DNA of 63,372 nt, filler included, from an uncultured bacterium (GTDB lineage: Bacteria > CAYUVA01): NCBI GenBank assembly GCA_964448115.1. It is 3 parts of 3 records of this genome, joined end to end, with 100 filler letters (N's around TTAATTAATTAA, not from the genome) between each part and the next. Parts side by side here need not be neighbours in the genome. Positions count along the whole stretch, not along the records: positions 27,764 to 54,848 come from CAYUVA010000052.1; 2 more parts are not named here. One strand, given 5' to 3'. The position numbers and the translations under genes were made by a program. The notes beneath the pieces are model-generated. The model saw only the letters and a program-made list of their open reading frames with translations. It did not search any database and had not been told where the DNA came from. Shown piece after piece: positions 32,160 to 42,351 of the stretch. The number at the start of each line of letters is the position of its first letter. The stretch's first letter is position 1.

Positions 32160-32908
32160 TTAACCGACCACCATCTGGCGACTCATGCCGATACGCAGCC
32201 CGTGCATCAGGGTCAGGTATTCCCGCAGGTGTCTGGTAAGCAGAAAGTGTTCCCTGACCATCTCCCTGCCCTTTTTACCCATAATCTTCATCTTATGGGG
32301 ATTATGCAACAGATACCTGATATGATGCGCCGCGCCCTGTGGGGTATGCACCAAGAAGCCGGTGTGATAATCGTAAACCTGCAGCCTGATTCCACTGACA
32401 TCCCCGCCTATTACTGGCTTTGCCTTCCAGTGCCCCTCGGTAACGGTCAGCCCAAAGCCCTCTTTGGTCGATTTCTGAATTATTATATCAGCTAACCTTT
32501 GCAGAGCATTCACGGTAAGATGAGCATCGCCAGGAAGGTCGAGAACATGGATATCCGGGTCATCACCGGCTTGCTCCAAGACATCCTTTAAGACCTCTTG
32601 GCTCTCCGGATCGTCAGTTGCACTTCCACCGGCAAGCACCAACTGGACAGGGAAATACTTTTTTACTATGCGGTATGCCTCTATCACTCCTATTGGGTCT
32701 TAGAACTTGTCGAAGCGTGAGATCTGCACCAGTAACGGTCTATCTGCATCATTGGTATCATCCATGCTAGTATCTCTGCTACTCCGCCGCCGACCTTGGT
32801 TGAATTTATATGCAGCACAGTAGCGCCCTTCAGGAATCCAGCGAGCTGGCGCAGTTTCCTTATTACACCATCGCCAACGATCGGCTCGTATTTACCTAGT
32901 ATCGACAT
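32160..32908 (-). pseudogene. treT: Trehalose synthase TreT-like glycosyltransferase, disrupted
   Basis: N-terminal HINSTKVGGGVAEIL; frameshifting deletion near 32743; then RPLLVQISRFDKF*DPIGVIEAY (TAA at 32700-32702) and QKSTKEGFGLTVTE. Confidence 0.85.
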
Positions 32909-33593
32909 TGCAAAAGCGCCTTGACCGCTTCCTTTCTCAGCTCGTTAAGTGATAAATATGACATATCAATTGCAGCCAGCGCTTTGATATAAGGCTCGCC
33001 AACCTTGCCCCAGCCTTTGAGCCAGGCGGTGAAGTCATCCTTTTTCTCCGGCACCCGCCACCTGGCTTCAACCAGGTGAAAGTAGATACTTCCTTGGTTC
33101 ATTTCAGGGATGGCATGAATCAAATCCCAAGGACTGGTAATATCGATACCAGTATCGAATACAACCGAGATAGCTTTAAGAAAAATAAACTCGTGTTCCC
33201 GCTTCGCCCAGGGTATCATCTGCACCTCGCTGAGCCTTTCCTCCAGGATATCGATCAAATCGACTCGAAGATCATTCATAGTATCGTACTCATAGGGATT
33301 GATGATACCGAGCCTCTCTGCAAGCACCGGATCGGCAAGCTCCTTGTCAGCCCATAGCGCGAAATCATTTCTGTACTCCGGGTCATCAAAAGTCGGGCTT
33401 AGCAGGGTCTCGCAGAAGTGATGGAACAGCACCGCCTCTTCGCATGCCCTAACCCCTTGCAGCAGTTACCTGAGATTCAGTGCTCGAATGCCTGTTGTCT
33501 GTACTACCAAGGAGCAATCCTTAATCCTGAAGCTAGGGTAAGAACCTTCATTGATTTTCTTGGTGATTTTTTTCTTGATTTCCTTTGTGCCAT
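32896..33593 (-). pseudogene. DUF5752 family protein (TreT-associated), disrupted
   Basis: Upstream of the ORF-track start the frame reads FRIKDCSLVVQTTGIRALNLR*LLQGV (TAA at 33466-33468), then HHF...EYRNDFALW...SIYFH.VEAR...DDFTAW. Confidence 0.75.
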
Positions 33594-34031
33594 AAAATGT
33601 ATCTTGAAAATAACGGCAATACAGCGTTTTGGCAAACCGACCTCATGGATAAGGGATTAAAATCTTTGATGATCTTTGATGATCTTTGTTCCCAAATCTT
33701 CAGTTTGATCGGATTTATGATGCAAGAAAAGCTCTTTCGAGAGCCATAAATCTGAATGCCAATACACCTACAAGAAGTTCCGTGGTTACGCACCAATGGT
33801 AGCTACATGTTGACAGTACCTGGTATCAGGATGGGGTCATGGATTACTGTTTAGTGGTGAAGGATATTTATTTTCACAAAAGGTTTCCATTGCCAAATCC
33901 AAGTCGGGGATTTGGGGGATAATACTTGCCTTGAAGGCTGAAAGATTATATACTAGTACTGTTCGATCATAGTTATCGTTGATATACCTGATAAATTCAG
34001 GCGAGAATACTAAGAATAAAGGAGCTTTGCG

Positions 34032-34790
34032 ATGCATTGCATAGCTTGCGGTACTAAGATAGATGAAAGCGACAAATTCTGTCGCCAATGCGGCTTAAAC
34101 CTCGACCTCAACAATCTAGTTTATATGAATATGAGAGCCCTGCGCGCTGAGGAGGAAGGCAGGGAAGAATATGCTCTCGAACTGTATAAGAAAATCGTTG
34201 AAGCAGATCCTGAAAGGGCATTGTTTCACCGCAATCTAGGGGTCTTTTATTACCGCGAGTCGAGACTACAAGAAGCTGAGGAGGAGTTTAAGAAGGCAAT
34301 TGAGTTGGAACCAGAATATGCCAATGCTCACTATGAACTCGGTTTATGCCACTTCAGAATGGTCGCCTTCAGAAAGGCGATCGACTGCTTTGAGCGAACC
34401 CTACAATGCAACCCGAACTTTACTATGGCGCATTATTGGTTGGGGAGGACATACTATCATATAGGCGATCTGGCAAAAGCTGAGCAGGAACTTAAAAGAG
34501 TGATTGATAAGAATCCTGACTTTACCATCGCCTACTATCACCTCGGCATCATATATTCCCGCACCGGCGAGAGACAAAAAAGGGTTGAGATGTTCAAGAA
34601 GGTAGTCGAAAAGAATCCTGAGTCGGTATCTGCCTGGTTCCACCTGGCAAATGCCTACTACATGATCAACAATATGCACGGTGCAGCCGAGTGCTACCAG
34701 AGGGTTCTACAGATGGATCCTAATAACAAACAAGCACGGGATCATCTGGAGGCTATTACTAAGGTACCTTATGATTCTTTTAACCTATAA
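34032..34790 (+). CDS. Zinc-ribbon + TPR repeat protein
   Basis: CIACG...FCRQCG, then about 6 TPR units (AHYELG, AHYWLG, AYYHLG, AWFHLA). Confidence 0.9.
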   Translation: MHCIACGTKIDESDKFCRQCGLNLDLNNLVYMNMRALRAEEEGREEYALELYKKIVEADPERALFHRNLGVFYYRESRLQEAEEEFKKAIELEPEYANAHYELGLCHFRMVAFRKAIDCFERTLQCNPNFTMAHYWLGRTYYHIGDLAKAEQELKRVIDKNPDFTIAYYHLGIIYSRTGERQKRVEMFKKVVEKNPESVSAWFHLANAYYMINNMHGAAECYQRVLQMDPNNKQARDHLEAITKVPYDSFNL

Positions 34791-34817
34791 ATCCCAATTA
34801 GACTAAGGAGCTTGCTG

Positions 34818-36068
34818 ATGGTTCAATTCGAGAAATTGCACTACCCCACAACGGGAACGAAGATCCAAGTAAAGGATGGAAAACTGGTTGTTCCTGATGA
34901 TCCCATTATCCCATTTATCGAGGGAGACGGGATCGGTAGAGATATCTGGAAGGCTTCCAACAGGGTCTTCGATGCAGCGGTCGAGAAGGCTTATAATGGC
35001 AAGAAGAAGATCCACTGGTTCGAGATCTACGCTGGAGAAAAAGCCACCAAGTTTTATGGAAGCGATACCTGGCTCCCCAACGATACCTTTGAGGCAATCA
35101 AGGAGTTCATTGTTGCCATCAAGGGTCCGCTCACCACCCCTGTCGGCGGTGGCTTCAGAAGCCTGAATGTAACCCTGCGACAGGTGCTCAATCTGTATGC
35201 CTGCGTGCGACCGGTGAAGTGGATTCCAGGCGTTCCCAGCCCTTCCAAGCACCCCCACAAGGTCGATATGATTATCTTCAGGGAGAACACAGAGGATGTC
35301 TATGCCGGCATCGAATGGATACAGGGCAGCGATGAAGCCAACAAGGTGATCAGCTTCCTGAACGAACAGATGGGCACCAAGATAAGACCCGACTCCGGCA
35401 TCGGGATCAAGCCTGTTAGCGTTACCGGAAGTAAGCGACTGGTTCGCAAGGCGATCAACTACGCTATTGCCAGAGGCAGAAAAAGCGTTACCCTGATGCA
35501 TAAGGGCAACATCATGAAATACACCGAGGGTGCATTCAGGGACTGGGGCTACCAGGTAGCAAAGGAAGAATTCGGTGATAAGACCATCTCCGAGGATGAG
35601 CTGTGGGATAAGTTCGATGGCAAGATGCCCGAAGGTAAGATCCTGATAAAGGATCGCATCGCAGACAGCATGTTCCAGCAGATCCAGACCCGAACCGATG
35701 AGTACGATATAATCGCCACTACCAACCTTAATGGCGACTTCATCTCCGATGCAGCGGCTGCTATGGTCGGTGGTCTGGGAATGGCTCCCGGCGCCAACAT
35801 GGGAGACTATATTGCGCTATTCGAGGCTACTCATGGCACCGCACCCAAGTATGCTGACAAGGATGTGATCAATCCAAGCTCGGTGATCCTCTCTGGAGTG
35901 GAGATGCTGCGCTATATGGGATGGAACCAAGCTGCTGACCTGATCGTGGAGGCTATCACCAAGACCATTGCCCAGAAGTTTGTAACCTACGACCTGCATC
36001 GCCAGATCGAGGGAGCGACAAAAGCCAAGTGTTCTGAGTATGCTACTCGAATCATAGAGAATATGTAG
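34818..36068 (+). CDS. icd: Isocitrate dehydrogenase (NADP, E. coli-type)
   Basis: [64 protein letters not shown] before ATG 34818. Confidence 0.97.
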   Translation: MVQFEKLHYPTTGTKIQVKDGKLVVPDDPIIPFIEGDGIGRDIWKASNRVFDAAVEKAYNGKKKIHWFEIYAGEKATKFYGSDTWLPNDTFEAIKEFIVAIKGPLTTPVGGGFRSLNVTLRQVLNLYACVRPVKWIPGVPSPSKHPHKVDMIIFRENTEDVYAGIEWIQGSDEANKVISFLNEQMGTKIRPDSGIGIKPVSVTGSKRLVRKAINYAIARGRKSVTLMHKGNIMKYTEGAFRDWGYQVAKEEFGDKTISEDELWDKFDGKMPEGKILIKDRIADSMFQQIQTRTDEYDIIATTNLNGDFISDAAAAMVGGLGMAPGANMGDYIALFEATHGTAPKYADKDVINPSSVILSGVEMLRYMGWNQAADLIVEAITKTIAQKFVTYDLHRQIEGATKAKCSEYATRIIENM

Positions 36069-36098
36069 CCTAAAAATTGCCTGAAAACGAACTATATG

Positions 36099-36133
36099 AG
36101 GGGGGATGAGCAAATAGTCCATCCCCCCTTTTA
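36099..36133. terminator. Intrinsic terminator between convergent genes
   Basis: AGGGGGGATG...CATCCCCCCT hairpin followed by TTT. Confidence 0.75.
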
Positions 36134-37033
36134 TTGTCCATATATCCAATCTGGCGCCAGAAACTGAGGGTATTTGTCCTTCAGCTTCTTTCTTATGTCA
36201 TAGCAAAGATGACAGGCATCGGCATATCCCTTATCGATGATTATGCGGTTTCTTCGAGCCAGTTCCAGGGGACCGCCCTTGAGAATCGGAGCGGTTATGG
36301 GATGTGAATATGGATCATAGCTCTCAATCATCTGCTTTAAGGGCACCTGGAAGAGATTGCCCATAAGTAATCCCTGACAGAGATGAACATTACCAAAGGG
36401 ATCTATATGCACCCTGCTGGGATTGATGAAGTCCTCCTGGGTGCATTCATTGAAGTTGCATGCTGGTTGTAGTTTGACTCCTTGGAGTAGTTTTTCGACA
36501 GCTCTTCCCCTGAAGACTACATCTCCATCGACAATCTTCTCTCCCCTTCTGCCGTTCTCCTCGGTTATACAGATACTCGGTTTGGCAATGGTGATTGTAC
36601 TGACCTTAAGATTAAGCTCTTGAGCAGCCTTAAGCGCATTTTTAGCAAAGTTTTCGCTTGGATTTGCGTAGTGCAGCTCATCATCGGAGATAGAGAGATC
36701 ACTTATCGGGAATCCTTTTAAATATTGAAGCCATATCTTTGCATCAGGCACAGAGGTCGCCCAGTAGCCGTTAGTTACGATGCCGACTTTGAATCCCATT
36801 TCTAATGAGCACCGGATCCCCTCGACCATCAACGGGAAGTATAAAAATGGCTCGCCTCCCTCGAAGTATATATTTTTCACGGTTGCAAGCTGTTTTGTCT
36901 GATAAAGAACCTTATGCAAATTCTCTATGGTAAAAACGCCAGGAGCAAAGGGGCTTCCGAATAAAAAGCAGTGATCGCATTCAAAGGTGCATTGATAGGT
37001 CAGAAGAAAATGAATGCCTTGTAACTCGATCAT
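36131..37033 (-). CDS. Radical SAM protein with Cys-rich C-terminal extension
   Basis: CTFECDHC, FEGGEPFL, IVTNG; C-terminal DACHLC. Confidence 0.88.
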   Translation of the reverse strand: MIELQGIHFLLTYQCTFECDHCFLFGSPFAPGVFTIENLHKVLYQTKQLATVKNIYFEGGEPFLYFPLMVEGIRCSLEMGFKVGIVTNGYWATSVPDAKIWLQYLKGFPISDLSISDDELHYANPSENFAKNALKAAQELNLKVSTITIAKPSICITEENGRRGEKIVDGDVVFRGRAVEKLLQGVKLQPACNFNECTQEDFINPSRVHIDPFGNVHLCQGLLMGNLFQVPLKQMIESYDPYSHPITAPILKGGPLELARRNRIIIDKGYADACHLCYDIRKKLKDKYPQFLAPDWIYGQ

Positions 37034-37090
37034 TTATCGAAGAATACTACTATAATCACCCTAAAAAACCAAAGTAAAAAACTCTGAAGT

Positions 37091-37996
37091 TTAATTATCC
37101 TTGTAGCCTATGTTAGAGCCGAGCCAGAAGGCGAACTTGAAACAGAGCCATAAGGGGGTAAAGGCACGGCTTATCAAGTGGTCTGCCCTGGGATTGATCT
37201 CGGACTGGGGGACGATCTCTTTATATTCAAGTATATCGTCAGGTTCAATATTTCTTGGTTGGGCAGGGATGCGATCAACCATTCCCTTTTCTTTCAAGAG
37301 TTCATCGATTAGGGCGATCGCATAAGGGGTCTTATCACGCACGTATCTCTCCATATCCTCCTGTTGGTAGGGAGCGCTGAAGTGCCACACGGTGGAGAAA
37401 GGTCCCACCCAGCACATCGGTTGCACCGACTTGGACGCCTGTCCTACCATCATGCCGATAGTATAACCGCGCTCGCGTAGATACTTTATCTTATCATCGG
37501 TAAAGCCGAAGTCGTAAATGGGATTGAAGTACCTTATGCCGTAGTGTGCATAAAGCTCGCGCAGGGCATTTAGCACCCCCACCATCATCTCAGGATGGGA
37601 TGATTGAGCCCTCTGCGCCCCGTCGCAACTCTGGGTGATGCCATGCTCAAGGCAATAAATTATGGTGCGAATGTGCATAGCTATCTTGCAACTGAGACAC
37701 ATTATCCCCGGCGCTGCCCCTTTACAGTATTCCCAGTAATCATCGAAGAAGCCCTTGAGCATTCTTCGATGGATCGGTCTAATGTCATCCCTGAAGTGGA
37801 TGACTCGGTCCTTCCCATGGCGCTCAGCTAGCTCGGTTGCATGTATGCTACTGCGCCAAACTCCTGTTAAGCCGTGGTTTTTATAGGTTACAAGGTGGAT
37901 ACAGTCATATACTTGGGCTAGGTGTATGGCGGTAATTGTGGAGTCGAATCCCCCTGAGAACATCAGGACGACCTTCTTATTAATCTTGTCAACCAC
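37091..37996 (-). CDS. PP-loop (QueC-like) ATP pyrophosphatase family protein
   Basis: MFSGGFDST PP-loop, CLSCK motif. Confidence 0.7.
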   Translation of the reverse strand: MVDKINKKVVLMFSGGFDSTITAIHLAQVYDCIHLVTYKNHGLTGVWRSSIHATELAERHGKDRVIHFRDDIRPIHRRMLKGFFDDYWEYCKGAAPGIMCLSCKIAMHIRTIIYCLEHGITQSCDGAQRAQSSHPEMMVGVLNALRELYAHYGIRYFNPIYDFGFTDDKIKYLRERGYTIGMMVGQASKSVQPMCWVGPFSTVWHFSAPYQQEDMERYVRDKTPYAIALIDELLKEKGMVDRIPAQPRNIEPDDILEYKEIVPQSEINPRADHLISRAFTPLWLCFKFAFWLGSNIGYKDN

Positions 37997-38145
37997 GCCT
38001 TACAGTTTCTCTGTTGAAAAAGTATAGACTAATAATATCTTATCCGAATATTAAAACAAACCGAATATGATGAATCATTCCATGATGGGATGGCTGCCAG
38101 AAAGGCAGACCTGATCTGTTTCAGAGGTGAGGAAAGAAAGAGAAT

Positions 38146-38545
38146 CACGCAAAGACGCAAAGCCTGCCCCAAGCGAAGCCGAGGGGACGCAAAGACGCAA
38201 ATTACGAACTAGAGAACTAGAAACTAGCCACGCAAAGATGCATGGGAGAGGGGGCAAGAAGCCCCATCCCTAGACCCCTTCCCCAAGTTTGGGGAAGGGG
38301 AGTCTTGAGTCCCCTACCCCCAATAGCTCCCACTTGCTGCTGAGAGCCTTCCGACTCCTAGCTCCCTCTCGCTGGGAGAGGGCGGGGGGTGAGGGTCTTT
38401 TCCTCTCTTCTATCACTTTATCACGGTAGCACGGTATCACTTCTTTCTCTGTGCCTTTGTGCCCTTGTGGTTAAATATGCCTTTATTACTTTATCACTCT
38501 ATCACTTCCCGTGGTTACTGGATTCCCGCCTGCGCGGGAATGACA
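38146..38545. repeat. Mosaic of REP-like hairpins and 8-nt periodic repeats
   Basis: ACGCAAAG repeats; CCCCTTCCCCAAGTTTGGGGAAGGGG; CTCCCTCTCGCTGGGAGAGGG; (CTATCACT)-type repeats; GGATTCCCGCCTGCGCGGGAATGAC. Confidence 0.8.
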
Positions 38546-38824
38546 GAGAAGGGGGGCGGGAATCTTACACACCCCGTCTGCACTCCCGCCAAAGTCCGGA
38601 GGACTCACAGCCACCCCTCTTTACATAGGAGCTTAACAAGCTATGTAAAGCTAAATGTCATAAGGAGATTTCTCCACTTTTTCACCAGGTGTTTTTCAGG
38701 TATAGAACTCATTTCTCAGATATGATATAGTCATTGCAAAAGTAGTTCTACACACCTGTTAACCAAAAGGCAGATTACTTTGAGAAAGGGGGAGTCATCG
38801 GCACAAGGCGCCGATGAGAGAGCT

Positions 38825-40429
38825 ATGAGACTATCGATTGTTCTTACATGTCTAGTTGTTATGTTGGTTTATGCGCCCTGTTTTGGGGGCGCCTGGGACA
38901 TGGTAGTTACCACTACCAATGGTGATGTGGTTGAATTCTGCGAACCTGGCAAGATCCTGGTCAAGTTCAAGGCTAGCGCAGAAGATCACGCTATGATGCA
39001 ACAGGAGATCGCTCGCTTTAATGCGGTCAATGGCGTGGAGGTAATTAAGGTCAATCGAAGCCTTAAAATCCACAGCCTAAGGTTCGCTTTTGACATCCCG
39101 GTTGCCCAGATGCTTGACATCTATCGGAGCAGTCCCTTAGTCGAATGGGCGGAACCTAATACCAGGACTCGGATCGCTGCCTCTTATCCTAATGATACGA
39201 TGTGGACTGAGCAGAGCTGGTATCAGGAGCTTATTAATACACCCGAGGCATGGGATACTGAGGTGGGAGACGGCACTAAGGTCTGCGTGGCGGTATTGGA
39301 TTCCGGCATCGATCTGGATCACCCGGACCTGAATGATTCGCTATGGCATAATCCATACGAGATCCCTGACAATAGCATCGATGATGATGGCAATGGCTAT
39401 GTGGATGATTATTATGGATATGACTTTGTCGGGCAAGCCAAGGGCAGCGAGCTAAGCAACCAGCCAGCAGATAGCAACCCGGATGTATTTTGGGATGGCG
39501 GCAGCGAGCAGTCCGCGGGCGATGGCTTGGATAACGAGTTCCCGGAAGCGGATGGATATCCAGACGACGGGGTAACGCATGGAACCTTTGTCGCTGGCAT
39601 CATCGCTGCCCGGACGAGCAACGGCAAAGGTGTAGCCGGCGTTGCCGGCGGATGGGGACCGGCTGACGGAGTTAGACTCATGGCAGTACGCATCTTTGAT
39701 CCAGAGGGCGGCGGTTGGCTCGATGATATGCTTGATGGCATTACATACGCGGTGGATCAGAATGTAACCATCATTAATCTTAGTGGAGGCACCTACTACA
39801 ATAGTTCAGCGCTCGAAGACGCGGTTGACTATGCCTGGAGCAATGATGTACCGATAATAGCCGCAACTGGAAATGATAATAATTTAATAGCCCCTATGCT
39901 TTATCCTGCCTATTATAACAGGACTATAGCAGTAGGAGCATCGGATAGAAGCGATCCCGATGGCAGGGCTTCCTTTAGCAACTATGGAGATGCAACCCGA
40001 AGACCCGATGTGGTGGCTCCCGGGGTGGATATCGCATCTACCAGGGTTTACAGCAAGTATGATGCAGATATCAATACTAGCCTTAGTCCTGGACAAGCCA
40101 CCTATCATGTCGGATATGATGGCACATCCTTCTCTACTCCACTGGCTTGCGGCGTGGCTGCGCTGATGTACTCTCAGAATCCGAATATGACCGTTGAGGA
40201 ATTGCGCGTCAAACTACATCTATCTGCCCTGAATCTACCAGATGATCCTGATGATGGTCCCGATGGCGGTCCCGACTGGGATGGATACGGCATGGTGCAG
40301 GCAGATCAAGGAATCATTGCTGCAAATTGGTTCCTGCCAACGCTTGGAGAATGGGCTATCATCTTGACCATTGCGTTATTCAGCCTTCTGATGATTCGTC
40401 GCAGGATGAAAGTAATGAAAAAGGTGTGA
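38825..40429 (+). CDS. S8 subtilisin-family serine peptidase with IPTL-CTERM-like anchor
   Basis: Catalytic triad VAVLDSG / THGTFVAG / GTSFSTP; prodomain ILVKFK...VEWAEPN; ends LPTLGEWAIILTIALFSLLMIRRR. ATG 38825 gives a clean signal peptide. Confidence 0.93.
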   Translation: MRLSIVLTCLVVMLVYAPCFGGAWDMVVTTTNGDVVEFCEPGKILVKFKASAEDHAMMQQEIARFNAVNGVEVIKVNRSLKIHSLRFAFDIPVAQMLDIYRSSPLVEWAEPNTRTRIAASYPNDTMWTEQSWYQELINTPEAWDTEVGDGTKVCVAVLDSGIDLDHPDLNDSLWHNPYEIPDNSIDDDGNGYVDDYYGYDFVGQAKGSELSNQPADSNPDVFWDGGSEQSAGDGLDNEFPEADGYPDDGVTHGTFVAGIIAARTSNGKGVAGVAGGWGPADGVRLMAVRIFDPEGGGWLDDMLDGITYAVDQNVTIINLSGGTYYNSSALEDAVDYAWSNDVPIIAATGNDNNLIAPMLYPAYYNRTIAVGASDRSDPDGRASFSNYGDATRRPDVVAPGVDIASTRVYSKYDADINTSLSPGQATYHVGYDGTSFSTPLACGVAALMYSQNPNMTVEELRVKLHLSALNLPDDPDDGPDGGPDWDGYGMVQADQGIIAANWFLPTLGEWAIILTIALFSLLMIRRRMKVMKKV

Positions 40430-40482
40430 GGTTCTTCAGGAACAAAGACATCCAATAATTGTACTAAACTAGTGAAAACAAC

Positions 40483-40511
40483 TTGACAATCAATATCTTG
40501 GACACTATATT
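40483..40511 (+). promoter_or_regulatory. Sigma70-type promoter for yceD-rpmF-fabD
   Basis: TTGACA-17nt-TATATT. Confidence 0.7.
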
Positions 40512-40540
40512 ACTCTGCCGCTAAGAAAGAAGGAATTTTT

Positions 40541-41059
40541 ATGCGCAACGAAATTATTAAGGTCTCTGATGTTCCCGAAGGCGGAATGAGCCTCAAGATC
40601 GAGTTTTCTCGACAGCTTCTCGATCTCAATAAGGAGGATGTCAAGCTCACCGAGGATGGCATCTTCTACTTGGATATCAAGAAGACAGGCGAGAATATAA
40701 TCATCTCCGGCAGGTTTCATGGTAAACTGGCAATGCCGTGCTCTAGGTGCCTGAAATCTTTTACCACTGACCTGAATATACCGATCTATGGGATATTCCT
40801 CCCCGCCTGGAGAGCCTCTGGAGACGAGGAAATAGAGCTTAACCAGGAGGACCTGGATATCTATTACTACTACGGAGATGAGATCGACCTAAGCGCCATG
40901 CTTCGCGAGCAGATCATCCTATTGATCCCCATAGCCCCGCTATGTGCCCCTGATTGCCAGGGGATCGAAGGCATTACTGATAAGTACATCTCTGACGATG
41001 ATGATTATGAAACAATAGATCCCAGACTGGCAAAATTAAAGGAATTCAAGAAACAATAG
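40541..41059 (+). CDS. yceD: YceD/DUF177 family protein
   Basis: CSRCL, IDL...REQI.L..P..PLC..DCQG, DPRLAKL; located upstream of rpmF. Confidence 0.9.
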   Translation: MRNEIIKVSDVPEGGMSLKIEFSRQLLDLNKEDVKLTEDGIFYLDIKKTGENIIISGRFHGKLAMPCSRCLKSFTTDLNIPIYGIFLPAWRASGDEEIELNQEDLDIYYYYGDEIDLSAMLREQIILLIPIAPLCAPDCQGIEGITDKYISDDDDYETIDPRLAKLKEFKKQ

Positions 41060-41078
41060 AAAAAAGAGGTATCATTTA

Positions 41079-41276
41079 ATGGCTGTCCCCAAAAGAAAGA
41101 CATCAAAGGCGCGCAGAGATAAAAGAAGGGCACACCATGCGCTGCCGGATATCAATCTGGTCGAGTGCCCGCAGTGCCTGGAGATGATAACATCACACAC
41201 AGTATGCCCTCACTGTGGATACTACAAGGGCAGGCTACTGCTCCCTCCCAGAGAGAAGAAAAAGGTCAAGACTTGA
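41079..41276 (+). CDS. rpmF: 50S ribosomal protein L32
   Basis: MAVPKRKTSKARRDKRR, CPQC...CPHCGYYKG. Confidence 0.97.
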   Translation: MAVPKRKTSKARRDKRRAHHALPDINLVECPQCLEMITSHTVCPHCGYYKGRLLLPPREKKKVKT

Positions 41277-41323
41277 TCCTGGGGAATGGTTCAAGTTTGT
41301 AGAAATCGGATCATGAGCTATCC

Positions 41324-42268
41324 ATGAAGGTCGCTGCTTTATTCCCCGGACAAGGCTCACAATTCGTCGGCATGGGAGCTGACTTGTTTGAGAGCTACCC
41401 TGAAGCAAGGCAGCTTTACCAACAGGCTGATCAAGCGCTTGGATTTGAGCTAACCAGGATCAGTTTCCAGGGACCTGAGGAGGAGCTAAGGCTAACCTAT
41501 AATGCGCAGCCAGCCATACTCTGCCTGAGCTATATCCTCTATCGCCTTTTGGAGATCCCCCAGGAATCGATAGTATGCTCCGCCGGACACAGCCTCGGCG
41601 AATACACCGCCGTGCTTTGCGCAGGTGGCTTCGATTTCGAGGATGCGCTTAAAATAGTGCGTTTGCGTGGGGAACTAATGCAACAAGCAGTGCCTGCTGG
41701 CAGCGGTGCAATGGCTGCAATCATCGGCGTAGATGAAATGACTGTCGAGGATGCCTGTAATCGGGCATCAGACCGTTGCAGACAGGTGGTAGTTCCTGCC
41801 AACTTCAATGCACCAAATCATGTGGTGATATCAGGAAATGTAATGGCTGTCGATGCAGCGTCCGATGAGCTGAAAGGCAAGGGAGCCAGGGTGATACCCC
41901 TAAAAGTCAGCGCTCCCTTTCATTCACCACTGATGGCCCCGATGGTTGATCGATTCAGCGAGGCGCTCGATGGGCTCAACATCAACAACCTTTCGTATCC
42001 GGTTATCAACAATGTTGCTGTGCACAAGGTCTGCGAGGCTTGGGATGTAAGAAGCTCCCTTATCGCACAACTCGATTCGCCGGTGCAGTGGAAGAAATGC
42101 ATGGAGTATATGCTAAAGTTGGAGCCGGATATCTTCATAGAGATTGGTCCGGGGCAGACCTTGGCAGGACTACTTAAGCGCCTAAATCGCCGAGCCAATG
42201 TGCTTTGCGTAAGCGATGTAGGAACCCTGGAAAAGGCGAGACAGGTTCTTAGCCAGGATAGGCTATAA
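41324..42268 (+). CDS. fabD: Malonyl-CoA:ACP transacylase
   Basis: FPGQGSQ, GHSLGEY, VSAPFHS, EIGPG. Confidence 0.96.
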   Translation: MKVAALFPGQGSQFVGMGADLFESYPEARQLYQQADQALGFELTRISFQGPEEELRLTYNAQPAILCLSYILYRLLEIPQESIVCSAGHSLGEYTAVLCAGGFDFEDALKIVRLRGELMQQAVPAGSGAMAAIIGVDEMTVEDACNRASDRCRQVVVPANFNAPNHVVISGNVMAVDAASDELKGKGARVIPLKVSAPFHSPLMAPMVDRFSEALDGLNINNLSYPVINNVAVHKVCEAWDVRSSLIAQLDSPVQWKKCMEYMLKLEPDIFIEIGPGQTLAGLLKRLNRRANVLCVSDVGTLEKARQVLSQDRL

Positions 42269-42351
42269 ATTATATCGCTCTTATCTCTTCCAGCAGTACC
42301 AATGTTCTGGCATATTTATTGCTAATTATGTTATTTCTAGGAGACCATACG

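Noticed and set aside
32700-33468. UAA readthrough in the trehalose operon
   Set aside because: The two TAAs replace different residues (K and E), each by one substitution, and co-occur with deletions. This is pseudogene decay.
34803-35501. Long antisense ORFs over icd (similarly over the response regulator, clpC and Thr/Pro linkers)
   Set aside because: They fully overlap well-supported genes and have no motifs.
38075-38725. Short ORFs in the repeat-rich intergenic region (also 11328..11528, 16552..16848, 57880..58165)
   Set aside because: They are translations of the repeat elements, overlap each other and lack RBS or motifs.
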